DNA of 64,000 bases from an uncultured Bacilli bacterium (lineage in GTDB: Bacteria > Bacillota_I > Bacilli_A > RFN20 > CAG-826), in NCBI GenBank assembly GCA_944376605.1, contig CALWDE010000012.1, positions 4,360-68,359 of the forward strand. The letters are read 5' to 3'. The notes under the pieces are model-generated. The model was given only the letters and a program-made list of their open reading frames with translations, did no database searches and was not told the DNA's origin. Position numbers and translations under genes: made by a program. This document shows, in pieces, positions 41,190 to 49,691 of this stretch; the first letter of the stretch is position 1; every line of letters begins with the position of its first letter.

Positions 41190-41930
41190 ATGACGACAAT
41201 TGATCAAATCATTACTGATTGGTTCAATAATGGTTGTAATGGCTTTTTACCAACTTGGTTTGGAAATTTTCTTTTGATTCTTCTTTCGATTATTATGGCC
41301 ATTCTTCTTTCTTTCCTTATTGGTTTTGAAAGAGAATTCCACGGACACGCCGCAGGGCTTAGAACCCATTTATTAGTTTGTGTTGGCAGCTGTCTTATCA
41401 TGATTATTTCTGTATACGGCTTTGGGAGCGCCTTCCCTAACCGCGACCCTGCTAGACTTGCTGCACAAGTGGTAGCTGGTATTGGCTTTTTAGGCGCTGG
41501 GACTATTGTTCAAACGGGATTAGATGTGCGCGGATTAACTACTGCCACAACAATCTGGATTGTCATGGCGATTGGTTTAGCGTGCGGCTCAGGTAATTTT
41601 GTGATTGCCACCGTTGCGACCTTGCTTTCTCTTATTTGTCTTATCTCTTTCCGCAGCATTGAACGTTATTTAGCAAAGAGAAATCCTATTTTAACTTTAG
41701 TTGTTCCTAGTGAACGTCCTGTTTTAAAAGATATTAACCAAATTGCAGCGCGATATGGGATTACTATCTTAGATACCCGTACAGAGATTATTTCTTATCA
41801 AGATCAAAGCGCTTTACGCATTATGATGCGCTGCTTATTTACAGGAGATAGTCAAATTACAGCTTTTATGGATGACATTCGTTTCTCCGTTCGTCCTTTT
41901 GCTTTAAGCGTCTCTACAGAAACTAATTAG
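41190..41930 (+). CDS. mgtC: MgtC/SapB-family membrane protein
   Basis: FLIGFEREFHGHAAGLRTHLLVCVGSCLIMI. Confidence 0.8.
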   Translation: MTTIDQIITDWFNNGCNGFLPTWFGNFLLILLSIIMAILLSFLIGFEREFHGHAAGLRTHLLVCVGSCLIMIISVYGFGSAFPNRDPARLAAQVVAGIGFLGAGTIVQTGLDVRGLTTATTIWIVMAIGLACGSGNFVIATVATLLSLICLISFRSIERYLAKRNPILTLVVPSERPVLKDINQIAARYGITILDTRTEIISYQDQSALRIMMRCLFTGDSQITAFMDDIRFSVRPFALSVSTETN

Positions 41931-41947
41931 AAAGTCGGACATCCAAA

Positions 41948-42673
41948 GTGAAAAAAGAGAGTACTGTTATTTATGGCAGAAATGCCGTGCGGGCATCATT
42001 GCTATCGGGAAGGGCAAAAAAAGTTTATGTCGCTTCTCATTTAGTTAATGATTCTTTAAGCAAAGAGGCTCGAAGTATTTTAGGAAGCGTTGAGTTAAGA
42101 AAGGAGGGAGAAATAACGCGAATTACCGGAGTTCCCTCTCATCAGGGATTTGCGGCAATTGTGGATCGTTATGATGCATATCTTCTTTCTGACCTCATTC
42201 GTGAAGACGAGAAACATCATCACCCTTTAATTGTGATGTTAGATGGAATCGAAGACCCTCATAACTTAGGTGCAATTATGCGTTCTGTTGATGCTTTTGG
42301 TGCAGACGGGATTGTGATTAAAAGTAAGGGGAACGCTCCACTTAATGGAACTGTTGCCAAAGTATCTACCGGGGCAATTGAGTACGTTAAAGTGGCGATG
42401 GTGCCAAGTTTAGTAAACGCCATTAAAGAGTTAAAAAAGAAAGGGTACTGGATTGTTGCAGCAGACGGGAAAGGAGATTCTCTTTATGATGAAATCTCTT
42501 ATGACTATCCTATTTGTTTAATTGTAGGAAGTGAGGGATTTGGGATTTCCCGTTTATTGCTAGAAAATTCTGATTTTATTGTTCGTATTCCAATGCAGGG
42601 TCATGTAAACTCTTTAAACGCTTCCGTTTCCGCTGGAATTCTTCTTGCTCATATTGCTTCCTCCCGCAAGTAA
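41948..42673 (+). CDS. rlmB: 23S rRNA (guanosine-2'-O)-methyltransferase RlmB / SpoU-TrmH family
   Basis: GTG start. IYGRNAVRASL, LDGIEDPHNLGAIMRSVDAFG. Confidence 0.8.
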   Translation: MKKESTVIYGRNAVRASLLSGRAKKVYVASHLVNDSLSKEARSILGSVELRKEGEITRITGVPSHQGFAAIVDRYDAYLLSDLIREDEKHHHPLIVMLDGIEDPHNLGAIMRSVDAFGADGIVIKSKGNAPLNGTVAKVSTGAIEYVKVAMVPSLVNAIKELKKKGYWIVAADGKGDSLYDEISYDYPICLIVGSEGFGISRLLLENSDFIVRIPMQGHVNSLNASVSAGILLAHIASSRK

Positions 42674-42681
42674 GGAGGTTT

Positions 42682-43266
42682 ATGCAGTTTTCTTTTTCTG
42701 ATGAAGATCTCATTCTTTTTATGCGTCTTGGGAAAGAGGAGTACAGAGAGCTACTTCTATTACGTTACTGGCAAAAGATGTCTTGCTTATGTCATTTAGC
42801 TTGTCCCTTTCTTTCTTATTCTTTTGACTTAGCAGAGTTCTCCTCTTCTTACTTAAAAGTATTTTATATGGCGAGTAATAATTACCGCCTCGAAGGAACT
42901 CTATTTGAAACTTATTTTGTGAATGCTTTAAGAAATGAGATCTATATCTTTTTGCATAAAGAAAAAGTGAGAAGAGAAGTCGCTTCTCTTCGCCTAGAAG
43001 ACACTTGTTCTTCAAGCACTTCTCTCACTTTTGGGGATGTGGTAGCTTCTCCTGCTTTAGGGCCAAAAGAAGAAATCATTCATCTAGATTCTGCAAGGAT
43101 TTTAGCAGAAAGAAGTCTTCTTCTTTCGCGCGAGGAAAAACGTCTTATTTCCTTAAGAAGAGAAGGAAAACCATATGAGGAATGCGCGAAAATTTTAGGC
43201 CTAACAAGGAAACAAGTGCGTGTGCGCATGAACCGTATCCGAAAATGTTTACTTATCGTAGAATGA
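42682..43266 (+). CDS. alternative sigma-70-family factor (ECF/SigH-like, regions 2 and 4 only)
   Basis: Region 2-like DEDLILFMRLGKEEYRELL...TYFVNALRNEI. Region 4 HTH LLSREEKRLISLRREGKPYEECAKILGLTRKQVRVRMNRIRKCL. RBS AAGGAGG. Confidence 0.65.
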   Translation: MQFSFSDEDLILFMRLGKEEYRELLLLRYWQKMSCLCHLACPFLSYSFDLAEFSSSYLKVFYMASNNYRLEGTLFETYFVNALRNEIYIFLHKEKVRREVASLRLEDTCSSSTSLTFGDVVASPALGPKEEIIHLDSARILAERSLLLSREEKRLISLRREGKPYEECAKILGLTRKQVRVRMNRIRKCLLIVE

Positions 43267-43283
43267 AAAACCCTGCAAAAGTC
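43266..43283 (+). repeat. copy 2 of 18-nt motif AAAAACCCTGCAAAAGTC (overlaps sigma gene stop)
   Basis: Direct reading. Followed by nested hairpins TTTCTC-gaa-GAGAAA. Confidence 0.6.
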
Positions 43284-43380
43284 TTTTCTCTTTACTTTTT
43301 GTTATTTCTCGAAGAGAAAACCTCTTGAATTCCACCTCCCCCTATTCTTAATATGAACCAATCTTTTGGGAGGCTTTTTA

Positions 43381-44172
43381 ATGGCTAAATCGACAAAAAT
43401 GAATAGTCGAAAGAAGTGGACGCTTGGCGGCATTGGATTGTTCCTTGGTGTTGCCCTTGTTACCACTGCTTCCGCCACCTACATCATTGGAATTAATCAA
43501 ACAAATCAAAATCCAAACGTTGGCGTGGATGTTGATACTGTTACCAATAATTCTGTTACCTTCTCTATGAAAGTACATGAAGGCAGCCGCTTACGTGTTG
43601 GTGAAACAGAAAACACTAGCGGAGATGTCGTTGTTGTAGAAGATGCTAGTGATACCGCCATGCAAGTTACTTTTGACGTAACAATCAAGTATGGCGAGCA
43701 ATATCTTGCTGATGGCGAAACAATGACCATCAATTACTCTTTTGATTATTGGAGTGAGGATACTAGCTCTGCGAATAAACCTTTACTTGTAGCGGATGGC
43801 CTTTTAAGCATTAGAGGCGAAATTGATAAGACTGTTTGCTCTACTGAAGAGGAAGGCGTCGCAGATCGTTGGACTTATGTGGATGCACCAAATGCTACTG
43901 CAGTACCTACTGCGACTGGTAGCGGCTGGACTGTTAGCACAGATGGTAATGTAACTACTGCTACTGCAACACTTACTCTCACCTTTAAGTGGGGTTCTTT
44001 CTTTGATAATCAAAGCCCTGCCACTTTCTATAACGCGAAATATGATCCTTCTACCATTACAGCAGAAGATGCTGGCAAAATCGAAGCAGAGTTAGATGCA
44101 ATGCACGCAGCTCTTGATAAGAAGAATATTACGCTTACTGCTGAGATTACGAAGGCAGGCGCAGGAGCCTAA
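43381..44172 (+). CDS. TasA/camelysin-like secreted protein 1 with SipW-cognate-type signal peptide
   Basis: ATG 43381 after GGGAGG. N-terminus MAKSTKMNSRKKWTLGGIGLFLGVALVTTASATYIIGINQT resembles TasA signal (…GGGTWAAFND). 264 aa, size of TasA. Confidence 0.55.
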   Translation: MAKSTKMNSRKKWTLGGIGLFLGVALVTTASATYIIGINQTNQNPNVGVDVDTVTNNSVTFSMKVHEGSRLRVGETENTSGDVVVVEDASDTAMQVTFDVTIKYGEQYLADGETMTINYSFDYWSEDTSSANKPLLVADGLLSIRGEIDKTVCSTEEEGVADRWTYVDAPNATAVPTATGSGWTVSTDGNVTTATATLTLTFKWGSFFDNQSPATFYNAKYDPSTITAEDAGKIEAELDAMHAALDKKNITLTAEITKAGAGA

Positions 44173-44250
44173 TTTCCCTTTCTTACTCTTCTAGCCCATG
44201 GTGACATGGGCTCTCTTTCGTTAAGGTAATTTTATAAAGAAGGAATATTT

Positions 44251-44973
44251 ATGAAAAAAACGAGAAAAACAAATAACAAAGCAATGACAGTTGGTATTGC
44301 TTTAGCAGCAGTTGCCATCACTGGTGTGGCTTTCTCTACATGGATAATTGTGAATGATCAAAGCTCTACTGTTACTGGCAATATCACTCTCAATGTTGCT
44401 GATGTAGAGGATCAAAGCATTATTATCAAGAACGCGCAAGTAGATGATGGTGCTATCAGATTTGACTGTAAGAAGGATGATTCAAGCGGCCCTATCCGTT
44501 TCTCGGATGATGACGGAAGTACTGGAGAAGATCTTAACTTCTCTATGCACTTTGATATTGAAAATGTTTGGGATGGATCTGCTTTTGAAAGTTACTATAG
44601 CGGTTTCAAATTAACCTGGACTATCACGGATACTTCTAGCGCTTTTAGCACTGCTATTTCTAGTGGTTATATTGTTGCGCCTTGGGCAAGTGAGAGTGAG
44701 CTTACTTTTGGAAAGCCAACGAATCTAACAGAAGACACAAACACCGTTAAGGTTCAAAGCTTTACTGCGACGCATACTGCTGGTAGTGATAATGATGTTC
44801 ATGTTGCAATTTCTGCTTCTTTCGCTTGGGGAACTTATTTTGGAACTAGTAACCCTGGTGAATATGCAGGAAGCGACGCTTCTACTATTAGCAGTTATTT
44901 AAGCGGTTTAAATAGTTTGAAGAGCCTTGATAGTGTTACTATCGCTTTCACGGTGGCGCCAGTTCGTGCATAG
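44251..44973 (+). CDS. TasA/camelysin-like secreted protein 2 (paralog)
   Basis: Signal MKKTRKTNNKAMTVGIALAAVAITGVAFSTWIIVNDQSS. FSTWIIVND ~ GGTWAAFND of B. subtilis TasA. Confidence 0.6.
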   Translation: MKKTRKTNNKAMTVGIALAAVAITGVAFSTWIIVNDQSSTVTGNITLNVADVEDQSIIIKNAQVDDGAIRFDCKKDDSSGPIRFSDDDGSTGEDLNFSMHFDIENVWDGSAFESYYSGFKLTWTITDTSSAFSTAISSGYIVAPWASESELTFGKPTNLTEDTNTVKVQSFTATHTAGSDNDVHVAISASFAWGTYFGTSNPGEYAGSDASTISSYLSGLNSLKSLDSVTIAFTVAPVRA

Positions 44974-45009
44974 ATAATGATTTATAACTAACTTTTTGTT
45001 CCTATAGCT

Positions 45010-45741
45010 ATGGGTAGAAAATCTCTTGAAACAACCATTATCTTTTCTCTTCTTGGTGTGGCTGTTTTAAGCATTGGATTTTCTACCTTTGCTTATGGAG
45101 ATGCGAATGCAGAAGATGTTTCAGGAAATATCAACTTTGGCAACATTGTTGTAGAAGAAGATAGTAGCCGTTATCTTCTTCCTTTAAAGGATGAGGAAAA
45201 CTTAGTAACAGCAGGATTCTCTCTGGATTTGTTACAAAGCACTTCTATCTCTTCTTACTTTAGTGTTGCGATTCCTGTAACTTTTTCTGCTTCTTATTGG
45301 CGTCTTACGAATCAGCCAAATTTTACGATTGATATAAGCGGCTTTAGCGATGCCGCTCAGCAAAATCTTGCTTTGCTTGTTGGGGTTACTAACGAGAGTG
45401 ATATTTACACAAGTTGTTCCATCAATCTTTCGACCTTCGCTTTTGATCACGAGAGTGTATTTCAAGGTAGCTTAATTGCTGCAGAAGGATTTAACAGCGT
45501 CGAGGAAGGGAAAAATACGTATCATTTTCCTTCTACTATGCAGTTTACTTTAGAGGATAGTACGCACTTTTCTGCCTTAGAAGGAGCGGAAAACATTTAC
45601 CTTAATCTTCATTTTTCCCGGAATGGTTATAGTTCAGGACAGACACAGTCGTTACGGAACTTTGTCTCTTCCTTAATTAATACTGCCAATGGATTTATTT
45701 TAGAACTTAAGATTCATGATGTAACAGGAGAGAGTGCATGA
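45010..45741 (+). CDS. TasA/camelysin-like secreted protein 3 (paralog)
   Basis: Signal ...LGVAVLSIGFSTFAYGDANAED (GFSTFAYGD ~ SipW-cognate consensus GGTFAYFSD). Confidence 0.55.
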   Translation: MGRKSLETTIIFSLLGVAVLSIGFSTFAYGDANAEDVSGNINFGNIVVEEDSSRYLLPLKDEENLVTAGFSLDLLQSTSISSYFSVAIPVTFSASYWRLTNQPNFTIDISGFSDAAQQNLALLVGVTNESDIYTSCSINLSTFAFDHESVFQGSLIAAEGFNSVEEGKNTYHFPSTMQFTLEDSTHFSALEGAENIYLNLHFSRNGYSSGQTQSLRNFVSSLINTANGFILELKIHDVTGESA

Positions 45742-46778
45742 GTGGATTAGAAATTCTCTCTCTTATTGTTACCATTATTTGTCTTGTCTCTTTCTCTTTC
45801 GTCTTCACCATCTTATTCCGTTCTTACTATAAGAATGCGGAAGAGGGGGTAAATAACGGCAAGGAAGACTTACTTCTTTTGCAAGAACTTGTTGAAGAAG
45901 AAGAAAAGAAGAGTTCGAAATGGGCGCAAGTGAAAAATGTAGGAGGAAAGATTATCTCTTACTCCTTGCTTGCCCTAGTAGTGGTCTTCTTTGGTTTCTC
46001 TCTTGCAGCAAGAATTAGTAATACTCCACTTTTATTTGGTGAAACGGGGACTCTTGTCATTTCTTCTCCCTCCATGAGTGAGAAAAACACCGTCAATACG
46101 TATTTATGGACGTATGACTTAAATGATCAGCTTGATACTTATGATCTCATTGGAGTAGAGAGAATCCACTCTCCAGAAGAAATAGAACTTTATGACATTA
46201 TTGCTTTCCGGGCGAATGATGGCAGAACCATTGTTCACCGCGTGATTGATATTAGTAAAATAGATGGGGAATATTTCTTCCGCACGAAAGGAGATGCAAA
46301 CCGTTTAGAAGATGCTGGAGATTTATATGGTGACTATCTTGCCTATCAAGACATCTTAGCCAAATATAACGAGTTCCGTGTTCCTGTAATTGGGGTATTT
46401 GTCATCTTCTTACAATCAGGCGCAGGAATTGCCACAATCTTCTCGCTTATCTACTGCTATCTCATGTATGGATATTTCCGTAAGAGACTAGATAAAGCGA
46501 TTGAAGAGAGAAGCGAGTATTTAGTAAGCACTCTCTCTTTTGTTGCAAAAGATAAAGAGACTCCTGCTTATATTGAAGAAAAAGAAGAAATTCTTTATAA
46601 AGAAGAAAAATATCTCTTCGTTGAAGGAAAGTTCATTGAGAAAAGTGCAGCTTCCGAAGAAGAAATTACCCGCTTTACCGCTTCTAGTGAAGAAGAGGAG
46701 AAAGAAGAAACAGAAAACTTCATCCAAAAACTTCTTCATAAATTTAGAAAGGAGGATGACCAAGATGAAAAAGAATAA
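45738..46778 (+). CDS. sipW: ER/archaeal-type signal peptidase I (SipW-like, S26B) with N-terminal TM anchor, an insertion and ~130-aa E/K-rich C-terminal tail
   Basis: Boxes VISSPSMSE (Ser nucleophile), IVHRVIDI (His), FFRTKGDANRLEDAGD (KGDxN..D). ATGA overlap with preceding gene. Confidence 0.65.
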   Translation: MSGLEILSLIVTIICLVSFSFVFTILFRSYYKNAEEGVNNGKEDLLLLQELVEEEEKKSSKWAQVKNVGGKIISYSLLALVVVFFGFSLAARISNTPLLFGETGTLVISSPSMSEKNTVNTYLWTYDLNDQLDTYDLIGVERIHSPEEIELYDIIAFRANDGRTIVHRVIDISKIDGEYFFRTKGDANRLEDAGDLYGDYLAYQDILAKYNEFRVPVIGVFVIFLQSGAGIATIFSLIYCYLMYGYFRKRLDKAIEERSEYLVSTLSFVAKDKETPAYIEEKEEILYKEEKYLFVEGKFIEKSAASEEEITRFTASSEEEEKEETENFIQKLLHKFRKEDDQDEKE

Positions 46779-49647
46779 CGCTAAATTCCGTTGGACTTTT
46801 ACAGGGATTTTGTTTGCAATTGGTTGTATCTCCTTAGGTTCCGCAGCCTATTTAGTAGAGAATGAAACGAATTTAGGACTCTCTGACGGCTTAGTGCAGG
46901 TCCGCTTTGTAAATGAGAACAGTGCTACTTCGAATGAAATGCTTGTTCCTCCTGGCACCATTGTGAAAGTGAACACTTCTACCGTTCCTGGTTATTCTTA
47001 TGTTTCTTCTAATGAAGGCACAGTGGTAGAAAATAAAGTCATTTTTGGGGACTTTGTTGTACCAGAAGATGTTGATGAAATTGAATGCACCGCATTCGCA
47101 CCAATTGTCGATAGTGATAGTTATGTTTCTTTATCTGAGTATGTTCAGGGAGGTACTCCAGCCCATTTAGCGGTGAATTTCACAGGAGGCACAACAGAAT
47201 TAGAATCCACTTTATTTTCGCCATCTACCGAAGAAAGAAGGGGATTAAACGAGAAGTACGTATTCCTTGATGTAGAAGACAATTTTGTCTTATCAAAACC
47301 TTTGTCTTTTGTGATTGGCGGTGAGCCTTCTACTGATACAAATCAGAGAAATTTAAATCAAGGTGCTGCTCCTGCTACTACAAACGCCTTCCAACATGTT
47401 ACGGAAGCAAATCATTTGATTACAGTTGTTTTGCAGTCTGATTTAACGATTGGTAGTGGTGGCTCTCTTGCTTTAGAGGCTACTACTGGAAGAAAATCTA
47501 CTGGTTTTTCAGGGAACGTAATTAGTGGAAATTACACTGCTTTAGATTTAAATGGACATACAATAACTTTGCAAAACGGCGCTTCTTTACGTCAATTTGG
47601 TCTATTAACAGATTCTTCTTATGATAAATCAGGGCAAATTATTGTTGATAATGGTGCGCATTTATCAGGCGGCTTAGTGGTGGAAGACTTTAATGGTGGC
47701 ACTGTCACGGTTGGCAGCTATTTAGTGAACTCTGCCCCGTTCTTCCTCTTCTCTATGCCCTATTTAGAGGCAACAGTGGATGTGCTCTATGGCGGCAACT
47801 TCGGGGGAGATGTTTCGCTATATGCGCAAGGCACATATGGAAGCACGGAAATTCCGCTTTTTGGTTCTAGTGATTTACATATGGTAGAGATAGAAAATGC
47901 TTCTTCTCATGTGGTTCGTTCGGTAAAAGGACGACATAGAGTCGATAGTACTCAAACAAATTACTCTGTTAATTTCTGGAAGCCGTATTTAGTGGATTAC
48001 AGAGAAGAATTTGCCTTAATTGGCCCTGGCGATTCTACAAGTGAATCCTTCCGTGTGAATCCTATGGTTCTACCACTTTTAATGCGCGCAAATATACCTC
48101 TTTTAGGAGATGTTGATATCAATGCAGAAGTGAGTTTTGCTGAAATGGATTTCCCTATCGCGCCTTGGATGCATATTTCTTTAGAAGATGGTGCGGCCTT
48201 AAATTTTGGAAATAGTTTTGGCTTTTTACCTGGTTCATCGCTTAATGTGGACTCTACATCTAAAATTATTTTCTCTTCCAGAAACAATATTGAAGCAACA
48301 ATCACTGCATCCATTTGGACAAAGACAATGACTTTTAATAGTTTACCCTATCTAAAAGCCTATGACTTTATGCCACCTCAGCCCTATTATTCAATGGCTT
48401 ACTTTTCATCTTTTAATAGTAACTATGCAAATTGGGACTCTGTTGTTGAACCTGCCTTCTTTAATTTTGAAGGTTCAATGGAGCTTGATTCAAGCAGTTT
48501 GCCCTCCAATATGGGTATTGGTGGGTATACCCATATGGGCCAAGCAAGTAGAGAATTTATTGCTTCCCTATCGCCAAATACGTTTAATACAACGCCTATT
48601 GGAATTATGCGCGTAGGCGCTATTGGTGTAACAGAATTAGGAACTTGGATGCTCGACGTCTTTAGTAATACTCCTCCGCATGTGGCGGTGAATGCAATGT
48701 ATAACATAGCGCCACTATCAGTAGATGGTTATATCGTTAAGGACTTAGCTTCTCTTGGAGTAAATGCTAACACTGATTACAATCCAGATGAAAAATGGAC
48801 CTATGATTGTGTGGACTCCTTAGCAAAACGTTATAGCGGAGAAACTCTTACAGGTATTCAATTTTTCCTCGTTGATTCCTCTTATGATCAAAATTTCTCA
48901 AGTCAATGGACCAATAATCCTTCAGGAAGTTGGGTGGATGCAAGCCGTTTATCTGATGGTAATTGGGGTGAATTAAATTTGCCCAACTATCAACGTTCTT
49001 ATAGTTCTGAACTTGGAGTTAATATGATTCCGTTTGTTCATTATGGCGATACTTATTATGCCAGATTTGGTGGAACTTTTGTTCCGATGCTAACTAAATT
49101 GTCTACGGTTTTTCAAACGAGTCGTACTCAGACAAGAACTCATACGCAAACGCGCTCATGGGCTCTTGGACCATGGAAAAATGATGAATATTCAAAGTGG
49201 GTGGCATCTTCAATCGTGTCTAGCAATGGCGTTACAAGCATTTCTAGTTTAAATACAAACACTAGTTCATTAACTATCGAGCCTGTTTTTACAGGTTTAA
49301 ACTGCTATGAAAATCTTAATGTAAAACGCTTTACCCGTATGAGTGACGATAGCGTTGATAGTGATAATGCAAATCCATTTATGAATGCGTCAAACAGCTC
49401 CATGTATTCTCTATCAAATCAGTTGGGTTCGCAGGGAGTTTCTCTTAATATCCCAGACTATACAGGAATAGAAAATTCTTCTATTTCATCAGGGGACTGG
49501 TCCACTGATGGTAATACGAGAACTCGAACACAAACGCGTGCTACAACCCCAGCACAAAGTTCTGGACATGAAAATGGTTACAGTTACTTCCGTTTTGATG
49601 CTACTAGAGCAAGTTGGAGAGTTTTATGGGTAGATGGTACCCGTTAA
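46765..49647 (+). CDS. large (960 aa) secreted surface protein with SipW-cognate-type signal and Thr/Arg/Gln dipeptide repeats
   Basis: ATG 46765, 9 nt after AAAGGAGG. Signal MKKNNAKFRWTFTGILFAIGCISLGSAAYLVENE. TRTQTRTHTQTR and TRTRTQTR repeats near C-terminus. Start overlaps sipW by 14 nt. Confidence 0.6.
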   Translation: MKKNNAKFRWTFTGILFAIGCISLGSAAYLVENETNLGLSDGLVQVRFVNENSATSNEMLVPPGTIVKVNTSTVPGYSYVSSNEGTVVENKVIFGDFVVPEDVDEIECTAFAPIVDSDSYVSLSEYVQGGTPAHLAVNFTGGTTELESTLFSPSTEERRGLNEKYVFLDVEDNFVLSKPLSFVIGGEPSTDTNQRNLNQGAAPATTNAFQHVTEANHLITVVLQSDLTIGSGGSLALEATTGRKSTGFSGNVISGNYTALDLNGHTITLQNGASLRQFGLLTDSSYDKSGQIIVDNGAHLSGGLVVEDFNGGTVTVGSYLVNSAPFFLFSMPYLEATVDVLYGGNFGGDVSLYAQGTYGSTEIPLFGSSDLHMVEIENASSHVVRSVKGRHRVDSTQTNYSVNFWKPYLVDYREEFALIGPGDSTSESFRVNPMVLPLLMRANIPLLGDVDINAEVSFAEMDFPIAPWMHISLEDGAALNFGNSFGFLPGSSLNVDSTSKIIFSSRNNIEATITASIWTKTMTFNSLPYLKAYDFMPPQPYYSMAYFSSFNSNYANWDSVVEPAFFNFEGSMELDSSSLPSNMGIGGYTHMGQASREFIASLSPNTFNTTPIGIMRVGAIGVTELGTWMLDVFSNTPPHVAVNAMYNIAPLSVDGYIVKDLASLGVNANTDYNPDEKWTYDCVDSLAKRYSGETLTGIQFFLVDSSYDQNFSSQWTNNPSGSWVDASRLSDGNWGELNLPNYQRSYSSELGVNMIPFVHYGDTYYARFGGTFVPMLTKLSTVFQTSRTQTRTHTQTRSWALGPWKNDEYSKWVASSIVSSNGVTSISSLNTNTSSLTIEPVFTGLNCYENLNVKRFTRMSDDSVDSDNANPFMNASNSSMYSLSNQLGSQGVSLNIPDYTGIENSSISSGDWSTDGNTRTRTQTRATTPAQSSGHENGYSYFRFDATRASWRVLWVDGTR

Positions 49648-49691
49648 ACATATATTTGTAATTAAGAAGGAGAGATAAGGAGGATTCTTCG

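Noticed and set aside
43366-43380. Track start TTG 43366 for first TasA-like gene
   Set aside because: The GGGAGG RBS sits inside it. ATG at 43381 has proper spacing.
46540-46764. Upstream extension of the 1035-aa ORF
   Set aside because: Runs through the sipW tail in another frame. The RBS AAAGGAGG sits 9 nt before ATG 46765, and the signal peptide begins there.
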